Origin: Amoebidium appalachense
Taxonomy: Eukaryota; Protista; Ichthyosporea
DNA length: 64,000 bases
Assembly: GCA_963693365.1 (NCBI GenBank)
Contig: CAVNZM010000001.1
Location: forward strand, 14,990,418 to 15,054,417
Direction of reading: 5' to 3'
This document shows positions 53,587 to 64,000 of this stretch, piece by piece. Position numbers and translations under genes: made by a program. The notes below the pieces were generated by a model. It ran no database searches and was not told the origin of the DNA. It saw only the letters and a list, made by a program, of their open reading frames with translations. Numbering within the stretch: position 1 is the first letter of the stretch; each line of letters opens with the position of its first letter.

Positions 53587-54023
53587 CACGTGTTTAGCAT
53601 AAAGAATAACCGACATGTACAACTGCCTAAACCATAGAGAAAAAAGCGAGCAGGCACACCATGTTTCACACCTTATGCGCGTGGGCTATATAGGTGCCTC
53701 CCATAGGCCTTGTTGAGCCTCATTTCTCCTCATTCAGGTGGCGGGGCCTTTCAGCACTCCAAATCATGACTTGTGGCACTCGGTCTGTCAGCACACGTAG
53801 AGCACGATACTGTAATTTTTACGTGTCAGCTAACATTTTTGTGTTATTTTTACGTCATCGCCGAGCTCATTGTGAGCTTACCCTTGCCCAGTACCTCTGT
53901 TTAAAAAGAAATTCCCAAACATGCGTCATGCGCTTGAACGTGGCGGGGACGGCTCACGGGTATAAAAGGCTGGGGCAGGCAACGATGGAATCAGTCAAAA
54001 ATTCAGCTGCTACTTGACGTGTC
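53587..54023 (+). promoter_or_regulatory. Promoter of the LEA-like gene: TATA box with clustered ACGT-core motifs
   Basis: TATAAAA at 53961; CACGTG 53587; ACGTGTC 53821 and 54017; TACGTCA 53851; ACGTGGC 53938. Probable 5'-UTR intron from ~54047 to 54392. Confidence 0.5.
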
Positions 54024-54424
54024 AAATTAAGCAAGAAGATAAACAAGGTGGGTCTTCTCCGTTTCCGCCTTTCTCGACTCTCCGACTTTACTACTCTTCT
54101 GGACCTCTTCGTTTGTTCTCCGGGGCATTCGTTGACTTTGGAAAAAGGAGGAGAACCCTGCAGACAGACATAACTGTGTACCCTCGGTTTTATAGCAAAC
54201 CTTTCCTTTTTGTGAGCATATGTATAAGCTCTGTGCCTGTGTGGTCCTTCTCTCGGTGGAGTGATAGGTCTAGGCCTGTGAAAGCTTAGCCTTGTAGTAG
54301 TAAATCCCATAATTGACTTGTCTAGTAGCTCTGTGTACCGTTGTGGTTCTTATAAAATTATAATGGATGACTGACATGCTTTTCCGGTGCAGGTATCAAT
54401 CTAATATTTCCAACAACCATCAAA

Positions 54425-54707
54425 ATGGAGTCCCGCCGCAACCAAAACATCGTAGGTGCCCCAAGTGTGTCCGTGTGTTGGATGGGGCTGTAGTATTATT
54501 GAACTCAGATTGCCAACTGGGCTTCTACTTTATCCAACGTTTTTAAAATTTTCTTCTTTAGTGTAAACTAAGAGGGATGGGCGGGGAGGGGGGGGGGGGG
54601 GGGGGAGGGGGGTGAGGAAGGGTAGGAAAGGGCAAGGGAGGAATTTTTTTGCTAGAAGAAAAGGTTCCTACGGGAGAAGCTTTATGGGAGAGGTATAGGT
54701 ACTACAA

Positions 54708-54749
<42 letters not shown>

Positions 54750-55830
54750 AAATGATTGCATCCGTCACAGCGCAATCGATTTTGTGATGCACCCGTGTCT
54801 CACTCCCCGCCCCCCCCTCCCCCCCCTCCGCCTATCCCTCCCCTCCGCCATCCCTCCCCTCCGCCCATCCCCCCCCCCCCCCCCCTCTCCCGCCCCCTCT
54901 CCCCCTTCTTCCCTCTCCTACTTCATTGTAAAACAGGAGACCAGCCGCAAGGAGGGTGAGCGTGCCAGTGAGGCAGCTAAGCAGCGGCTGGGTGAGGCCA
55001 AGGAGCAGGTGGGCCAGGCAGGGCTGGATGCAAGGGAGGCTGCTGCAAAGAAGAGCGAGGTTGCTGGCCAACGCATGGAGCAGGCAAAGGATAGGGCCAA
55101 GGACACGGCTGGATCGTACTATGAGAGCGCTAAGCAAAAGGTAGGTGTGTGTGTGTGCGTGTGCGTGTGTGTGTGTGTGCGCGTGTGTGTGTGTGTGTGT
55201 AGTGATTAGTATTGGACGGGTTTTGTTGTGTTTTGAAGAGATTTCTGAAGGTGATTGGGTTCTTTTTCTTAGTATAGTCGTACTATGAGAGTGTTAAGCC
55301 GGTAAGATGAAGTGTGTCTGCGGGATGATCGGTATTATCATGGATTTATTGGGTTTAAGAGATGAGATTTAGTTTTGCTTATTTCTACTACGAGAGCTCA
55401 ATGCAAGGGTGGTGTGTGTGTAGTTAACGTGTGTCGAGGGGGGGAAAGGGTAATTAGGGGTATGGATATATAAGTTTGGCAAAACTGCAGCAGTGGAAGA
55501 AATGTGTGGTTGTGTTTCACGGATGGTTCTCACTCTTTCTTTTTTTAACTCTTTGGTACTCTATTTTCTTTTCTTCTTCTTATATAAGGCTTCCTTTTTT
55601 GCTTCTTATATAAGGCTTCCTTCTTGGGGGGGGGAGGGGGGAGGAGGGGGAGGGGGAGGGTTTGAAAATTAGAGAGGGTTGAACAACTGAATGCTGCACA
55701 AAGTAAGTATTAAAACTGGCACATTTCTTCAGGCTGGGGAGACCAGTGAGCAGGCCAAGGGTATGGCACAGTCCATGTACGGCACGGCCGCAGACAAGAC
55801 CCAGGCCGCAAAGGAGTCTGTATGTATCCC

Positions 55831-55862
<32 letters not shown>

Positions 55863-56361
55863 AAAAAAAAAAACAAATTCCCCCCCCCCCCCCCCCCCCC
55901 CCCCACCCCCGCACACAAACCAAAAAAAAAAAAAAATTAGAACGGTGGTTTGTTGTTAACCAGCCTGTGCTACCACTACGATGACCTACGCTCCTATCTG
56001 TTTCTTTGCGATACACTCGTTCCTCATGCTCAGCTACAGAATGCCATCTAAGATAACAAAGGCTCCCCCTCCCCCTCCCCCCCCCCCCCCCCCAACCCCC
56101 CAACTCCCCACCAGAAAAAAAAAAAAAAAAAAAAAAAAACCACAAAGTCCCTAACCCCCCCCCCCCCCCCCCCCCCCCCCCTTCCCCCACCAAAAAAAAA
56201 AAAAAAAAAAAAGGGAAAGAAAAGATAGAAAAAGAAATAAAAGCAAGTAGCTGCTGCTCTCAGCACTTAACACCGACTGTGTGCAGGCTGGGGAGACTAG
56301 TGCTGCCGCCAAGGACAAGGCTGCATCCATGTACGACACTGCTGCCCAGAAGGTCACTATT

Positions 56362-56399
<38 letters not shown>

Positions 56400-56876
56400 C
56401 GGGTCCCTCCCTCTTCAACAAACACACACACACCCCAAACCCCCCCCCCCTCCCCTCCCCCCAAAGAATTGTCGCTACACCAATACGATTGGCCAGACAT
56501 TCCATCCCAACCCCCCTTCCCCCCTTCCCCCCTGGGTCAAAGTTCCCCTCTCTTGAGGACCTAAATCAATATTCTCCCTTTTTGCGGAAATGATTTATGA
56601 TCGATGGGGTTTCAATGTATCGTTGTGCTTAGAATGAGTGTATGAGGTTAACGGAAATCTATCTTGATGCTTTAATCTTTGAATTGGAGCCTGACATACA
56701 CCAGCAAGAAGCATATTACTCATTACCCCCCCCCCCCCCTTTTTTTTTTTTTTTTTTCCCCTCTTTTTTTTTTCCAAGGCTACTGAGACCAGTGAGGCTG
56801 CCAAGGGCATGGCCGGTTCTGCCTACGAAACTGCTGCAGAGAAGGCCCAGGCTGCAAAGGAGGCCGTATGTAGCCC

Positions 56877-56907
<31 letters not shown>

Positions 56908-57396
56908 AAAAAAAAAAAAAAAACACCACCACCAGCACCGCCCCACTCTCACTCAAAACATCACTCACACATGACCTCCACGTTCAATCTGTGTAAAATA
57001 ACAACTCTTTCTCTCATCCACTTACGCACACCTTTCGCTAGATCAGGGAAGTGCAAGTTTGTGGATAGGGTCGAGTATAGCCCCTCTTCCCCCCGGCCGC
57101 GGGGGAGAGGCAAACCCTTTCCCCCATTTCCTCCCTTCTTTTTTTGTTCCCCTACAGAGGAATTCGATAAAATTGTGCGTGCCCACCAGGAAAGAAAAAA
57201 ACAACTCCTGTATTGTGACGGTTCGTGCTCACCTACAATCCCCTCCCAGGCCTCTTCCAACATCGAGTGGGCCAAGGCTAAGACTGGTGAGACTGCACAG
57301 GGGGCCAAGGAGACTGTTGGTGGGGCTGCAAGCAACGTCTATGAGGGCATGGCCGGAACAGCACAGTCGGCTAAGGACACAACGGCAGGTATGTAT

Positions 57397-57435
<39 letters not shown>

Positions 57436-57742
57436 AAAAAGAAAAAGATGAAAAAAATGAAAAACAAAAAGAAGAAAATTTCAACTGGCTGGTTCATGTC
57501 CACCACCTTCTCCCGTCGTTATCTTTTTATTCCCCCCCCCCACCTTTTTATTCTCCCCCCCCCCCCCTCCGCCGTCCTCTGATGTGGGCCAATTTATTTC
57601 TAAATCACGTGCCGTAATCTACCCCCTTGTGGTAATAATCCAGCGTTCATATTGATTGGCAATTCCTCTCCCCTTTTCCGCCGGAAAGGGATGCTCATGT
57701 TGACTTTGCACCCACACCCACACCCACACCCACACCCACACC

Positions 57743-57819
<77 letters not shown>

Positions 57820-59172
57820 CCACGCTTGCCAGTGCCCGTGACACTGTGATGGGCACTGCCCACAACATCTACGAGGGTGCTGCTGGCGTCACTCACAGGG
57901 CTGCTGACACCACCTCCTGTAGGCACTCCCACCCCCCCCCCACCCCTCCCAGGGAGAAAAAAAAAAAACCCCTCCCAGAAAAAAAAAAAAAAAAAAAACC
58001 CTAAAAACATACAGTGGCAGCAACAAGCCTGATAACACCCCTTCTTCCCCCTCCTTAGTACTCCCAAAGCCCTTACCAAACCCCTGTAGCACTATGTTGC
58101 AAAAAAACAACGAAAAACATCACTCATACTCTGAGAGACTTTTTCTTTGTAGACTCGAGATTCTGCCACGGATTTGCCGCTACTCTCCCCTCTCCTCCCC
58201 CCTCTCCCCCCCCCCCCCCCCCCCCCCCCCCACCGGGTATCTCCCTTCACAAACTTCCCCTTCCCCTATCTCCCGCCCCCTGTCAACCATTGCATCGTGG
58301 GCCGTTGCTAAACCGTTCTTTTCAAACCGTTTGTCCTCAAATACAACCCTTACCAGACCCCCCCCCCCCTCTCCTTCCCACCACCCCCCCACACACGTAC
58401 ACAGCCACACTTGCCAGTGCACGTGACACCATGATGGGCACTGCGCACAACATCTACGAGGGCGCTGCCGGGGCCACCCACACGGCCACAGACACGACCA
58501 TGGGGCTGCTTGGCAGCGCAAAGGACACGGCTGCAACGGCAGTGGAGAAGGCAAAGCAGGCTGTGGGCCTGGCACCTACCCCCGTACGTCTCTCTCTCTC
58601 TCTCTCTCTACCCCTCCACCCCCCCCCCCCCCCCCCTCTCCTCCCCGCCTCCTCCCCCTGTCCCCCACCCTACCTCTCGTGCCATTTTAATTACTTTGTC
58701 AAGCCCCTCCCGCCCACAACCCGGGCTTTCGGTACTCTTTCTTCTGGGCCCATTTCTTATCCCCCCCCCCCCCCCCCCCCCCCCCTGCTTCCTGCATGAA
58801 TAAATAAGGAACGCAGGCTTTTCGAGAAATAATAGCCTCATCCCCCCCCCCCCCCCTTTTTCCTCCGTCACCACCTTCCTCCCCCGGCCCCCCTCCCCCC
58901 AAAAAAATAAAAAATAAAATAAAAATAATAAAACAATACCTCCATTCCTCTCCTTTATCATGCACACATGCAGGAGCCTTTACGCACCGCACACCCGACA
59001 CACACACCGGCACACACCGGCGCAATTGACCGCATACTGACACACAACACACAGGAGGACGAGGCTGCCCGTCGCCTTGAGGCCATGAAACTCAACCCCG
59101 AGAGCCAGAAGCAGATCGACGAGAGTGCTGCCACCCTGGCCCAGCGCGTCAAAGACATGCAGGTGCGTCTCC

Positions 59173-59203
<31 letters not shown>

Positions 59204-59804
59204 AAAAAATAATAATAAAGAAAATAAAAAATAAAAGAATAAAAAATAAATAAATAAAAAAAACAACAAAACAAAAACACATCAACACACACACACATAC
59301 ATTTCAACACAACTCCAACACACACTTGTGCACATGCCCGCTGCATTTTGTCTTGCCCACCGTCCTTCTTATCCCCCCCCCCCCCCCCCCCTCTTCCCCC
59401 CCCCCCGCCAACCCTCCCCCTCGGTCCCTTCCAATATCTGCTTATCTTACCCCCTCTCCCTGTACTCCTTTCCTCCATTTTCCTTTCTCCCCTTCTTCAC
59501 TTTACCTCCTAATCCTTAAACACTTCCCCCCAGTAACATATACGAGATTAAAATTCGGTTATACGAGATTAAAATTCGGTTGAATTCTGTGGCCAAACAT
59601 CTGGCTTGTCTTAATGATTGACTTCAATGATGTACGCAGGCACCCACTGCCGGTGGTGTCACTACGGCACCGGGTGCCGGGATGACCGGTGAGCAGGAGA
59701 AGGTGCAGCAGCAGGGCATCCTTGAGACTGCAAAGCAGCTGGCTGCGGACACCGTGGAGAGGGCTAAGGGCATGGTCGGTATGAGCGGCAACAAGGAGGA
59801 ATAG
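54425..59804 (+). CDS. Late-embryogenesis-abundant (group 3 / LEA_4-like) hydrophilin, 10 coding exons
   Basis: Exons 54425-54451, 54937-55140, 55733-55819, 56287-56352, 56779-56865, 57250-57388, 57820-57918, 58405-58583, 59055-59162, 59640-59804; all GT-AG and in phase. A/K/E/T-rich 11-mer-like repeats (AKDTAGSYYES, AADKTQAAKES, AAEKAQAAKEA). Confidence 0.85.
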
Positions 59805-60962
59805 AGCGCAACATGAAATGTCTTTACATATTTTTTTATAGGCTGTTACAGTGCCACTTGCTACTACCGCACTAGATAAATTAGTGCCGTTAGGAAGAAA
59901 AAGTGATGGAGTTACAAGAGTTGATGTGGGCTCCGTGGTGTAGGCTTTGTACTGGAATACAGGGTTTTTCTTTTTCTTTTTCTTTTTTTTTTTAAAATTT
60001 TGTGCACTGCGGCGGTGGCTGTATGATGTTGCACTCTCGATCGGAGATGTGACATGGCGGGTTGACATGTCGAGAGTTTGCCTTGGGCAAAGTGAAGGGT
60101 CAAGTGGTTGGAGCCGGTTATTCTCTGGGCCTCTGGGTTTACCGGACTGCCACGGGCCAGTGCTAGGTGGTCAATAAAACTGTTACGAAAAAAAACAAGT
60201 TTGACGATGTGAGATGAAACTCCGTATTACGAGCATACATGTGTTTGGGGTTGCATTCAACATCCCCCCCCCCCCCCTCCCCCCACCCCACCCCCCCACG
60301 ACAGTAATTTGTTTTGGTAGCACGGGTATACATGTGAACAGGGCATTTGATTTTTGAGTTTATTCTAGAACCACCGGTACGATCAACAGGCGACAGCCCC
60401 CTCCCCCCCCCATTGAAAAACTTCGTGGCTTCTACCACCCTTCCCCCCCACCCCCCCCCCCCACTCCCCCCTTCACCCTCTCCCCCCTTCCCCAAATGAT
60501 CATTCATGGTACGCTCCCCCCCCCCCCCTCCCCCCTCCCCCCCCCCCCCCCTCCCCCTCCCCCCTGCGTGCACCCCCCAGCCCCTCCCCCTTCCCCCCCT
60601 CCTTTCACATATTCACCTTCCGCCTAATTATTTGAATATCTGTCCTAAGAACAACTTTCGTGTGTTTTCATGTGCATAGGTGTGTGGTGCTGGCGGTGCT
60701 GCTGGTGGTGGCGGCGGCGGTGGTGTGTGTTTGTGGGTGGGTGGGTGGGTGGGTGGGTGGTGGGTGGGTGGGTGAGGGGGGAGGGGGGGGGGGGGGGGGA
60801 AGGATCAAAAGGGAGGGTTAAGAGGAATGAGTTATAGACTGCCGTGGCAGTGCACAAAACAAAGTGGCTTGGTAATGGCGGGCAATTAGGCTGGAAATGT
60901 CGATACCAAAAATAGATAAGACGGTCACAAGTCGGGACTAGAGGGGGAGGTGATATTTAACA

Positions 60963-61155
60963 GGGGTTTACGCTGTTTACTCGAGGCAAAGAGAACCAGT
61001 CTCAGGTATGGGGGGGGTTTTTGCTCGGAATATCCCCTCAGCGGTATATCATGATCACGTACATAGATGTCGGTTGGTGACTATATATCAGGGTTTACTT
61101 TCTCTACGAGACACCATAAAGACTACAAGGAGAAATCAATTAGTTGGGGTTCCCC

Positions 61156-61192
<37 letters not shown>

Positions 61193-61224
61193 GGGCTCCC
61201 CTTGGGACACTCGGTATCAGCTGG

Positions 61225-61293
<69 letters not shown>

Positions 61294-63300
61294 TGCGCTA
61301 TAATTTTGTAGTGATGTGTTTCTCAAGCCAATCAATACATCTAATAAACAGGTCGTAGTTACGCGTGTTTAGTATAAAATCAAGGATGTTGTAATTTACA
61401 GGTAGGCTATCTTTCTGGGTGTCTGTTGTGAATGTGACGTGGGTGTGTTGCGGTATCATGTGGTCTATCAAACTACATTTGGCGATACATGACCGGTTAA
61501 ACTGGTGTGTGTGTGTGTTGTTTGGGCATGCAAATGATGCCACCTTATACTTATTAGATCTCCACTGTATAGCACGTGTACAGTAAAAGCGTGGTAATTG
61601 ATCAATAATACCATCAGCTAGAGAAAGACCAGTTCTACAGGAAGGTAATATGTATTTAGGTGTTATACATTTGCGAGTGCCATATTTGGCAATATGGTTG
61701 AGGCGGTCAGTATATATAAAACGAGACATAAGGCTTAGTTTTTCAAGGTGTATGCTTTCATCGGGTCTAGTGTCGTGTGGTATCTTTTTCCATTTGTTAT
61801 ATTGCGTGATTATCTTGTGATTGTGTACATGTTTAATAAGTAAGTGGCAGTCCAAAGTCACACACACACTATTGCGGGGTTTATTTGTATTTGTGCCCAG
61901 GGGAGGAGGGGAGAGAGAGGGGAGGAAAGAGGGGAGAGGTGAGGAGGGGACAGGTCGGATAGAGAAGAGAGGGTGGGAGGGAAAATACTTCTTTAAGCGG
62001 CTTATGTGCTTATTGAATTTCAGCGCGAGATAGGATACTCTAGCAGCTATTGGGACCAGACCATATATCGAGAGCGTTACAGGCCCAGGTTTACAACAGT
62101 TGTTAGATAGAAAGGAGGCAACTTCTGCTTCAAGGAAATTTGCCAAGGGTTTAAGCGCTCTAGTTCTCTCTTTCTTGATCCAAGCGGCGAGAAGGGGTAA
62201 ACCATATTCACATGCCGGGAAGACAAAAGTGCGAATAAATGTAAGTCTGATAGAAGGATGGAGGGGTGTGTCTTTAAAAATATTAGCCGAGAAGAAAGCT
62301 AACCGCTTACGAGCCAACTCTACCCTCTTTTCGACCATATGGGGAAACATAACATCAACAGAATCAACCGGACCTACATCGAACAATCTTTGCAGGCGTC
62401 TAGGGGTACGGGCAAGGAGGGACAGATCATCAGCATAGAGAAGTGCAGGCGGAAAGTTATTAATAGGGTCATCGTTTTCGGCGTAAATCTTGACAGCCAA
62501 ATCATCTATAAATAGGTTAAACAAAAAGGGGCTAAGCAATGAACCCTGCAAGAGACCTCTAGTACGAGCAAAACCATATGAAAGATGCCCATTAACCACA
62601 GCTCTACCATAGGTTTGAGACAAGAGTGCTTCTAACAGAACACCAATGCAGTGTGGTACACCCCGTGCAGCAAGCTTTTCCCATAGGAGACCAGGGGAAA
62701 CAGAATCGTAAGCAGTTTTCCAATCAATAAAGCCAACATATCGTGCACCAACTTGCATAGAATCGTGCAGTGCCATTATTTGAACATAACATGAATTGTT
62801 TTTACGAAAAGCGGATTGGCATGGGTGTATGTGAAGAATAGATTGAAACCTAGGGTGATGTGCAAATAACCTAAGTAAGCAAGCTTCAAAGAATCTACGA
62901 ACAACCTGGGTTAGTGTAATGGGGCGAAAGGATGATATGGGGCCCTCAGAGTCCTTCTTAACTATGGGGATCACTAAGGTATCTAACCAAGATGACGGGA
63001 CATGTCCACATTTAACACACCAAGAAAAGAGAGAGCTTAACATGATAGTAAGATCAGGTTTAATAGCACGATCACTTTCCTTTTGTGGGTAGGAGGGAAC
63101 AAGGATTTTAAGAAACCCAGCAGGGAGTCCATCAGGTCCACAAGACTTACTAGAGCTATAACTAGATATCACAGACCATATGGCATCGGGACTGAAAAAG
63201 GGGAGGATCGATTCTATGGGGATAGATGGGTCTACAGGCCACACAATAGGTTTCTGAGCGGGGGTCCTATCTTTAAACAGTTCCGAGAAATACTTATCAG
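60963..63300 (-). mobile_element. Second, 5'-truncated copy of the RT retroelement
   Basis: Near-identical to 42398-44910. Flanked by CAGGGG at 60961-60966 and 63298-63303. Confidence 0.92.
61298..63300 (-). pseudogene. Defective RT ORF of copy 2
   Basis: Lacks the start codon and the first ~22 codons. A net 144-nt in-frame deletion removes the NIDKC and YKYLG motifs (…LFDV-G-PVDSV). Confidence 0.88.
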
Positions 63301-63567
63301 GGGCACAAGTACATACGACAGGAGGGAATTGACAGTGGCCACCGTTAGGAGGGGGCGGAGCTTGGGGGGAGAGAGGGGCTGCTGGGGGGGGGGGGAAGGG
63401 GGGGGGGGGGGGGGCTGGAGGGGGGGGGAGGGGGGAGGGGGAGGGGGAGGAGGGGAAGAGTGTGGTGGTGGTGGTGGTGGTGGTGGGTGGGTGGGGGAGG
63501 GGGGGGGGGGGGGGGAGATTGTGGTGATGGTTGAGGGGCATAGGGCGGGAGGGGGGAGGGAGGGGGG

Positions 63568-63618
<51 letters not shown>

Positions 63619-64000
63619 CGCAGCTGTCGAAGGACATGTAGTCTCCTGCCCAAAAATACTTCAAGGTGTACCGAAGTTTCGCTGAGCATGATTCGATGAC
63701 GACATGATGATGAGCCAATCAATAGTGTGCTGCCTAAAACAATTTGTTATTATTAGCTTTATATGGAAATAGTATTCCAAAAATATGTAAGGATTAGCCA
63801 TATGATTGGCGCACCTTATCGCATTGTTGAGACCTCGAGCTTTTTACAATAGGCTTGTTGAGTTGCAGACTTCCAGTAGCTCAGTTTTCACCTTTCAACT
63901 TCCTCTCCCGTGTCGCTCCTCATTTTTTCCCTTAGAGAATTAGCACCTGCTAATATTTGTTATGCAGTCACTTTCACTAATCGCTCTCATCAAGTTTTTA

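Noticed and set aside
63301-63718. Proline-rich N-terminal extension of the 806-aa RT ORF
   Set aside because: Homology to copy 1 stops at 63300. The extension is flanking poly-C sequence that happens to be in frame, with a non-ATG start.

Overview
This is eukaryotic genomic DNA. The genes are intron-rich with GT-AG introns, and the introns are packed with (CA/TG)n and long poly-G/poly-C runs, so almost all of the supplied low-complexity ORFs are artefacts. The taxon cannot be fixed from the window; a unicellular eukaryote seems most plausible. Hand-spliced host genes are the C-terminal part of an ATRX/ARIP4-like SNF2 helicase (+, 1-14309), a Ser/Thr kinase (-, 15839-17853), an AB-hydrolase lipase (-, 20581-37841), an intronless F-box/LRR gene (-), an intronless orphan ORF (-) and a group-3 LEA-like gene (+, 54425-59804). 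The most striking element is a young, two-copy non-LTR-type retroelement encoding a reverse transcriptase with no recognisable endonuclease. In the long copy (about 42114-44910), an 11-bp target-site duplication (TSD) encloses a tRNA-derived head, a chain of RNA hairpins ending at the AUG, a 736-aa RT ORF, and a 3' tail that runs about 200 nt past an internal poly(A). The second copy is 5'-truncated and has an internal deletion. Further observations are repeated tandem duplications of exon ends plus splice donors (candidate intron gain in progress), 3' splice sites built on (CA)n instead of a pyrimidine tract, and a co-oriented repeat family confined to the lipase introns.
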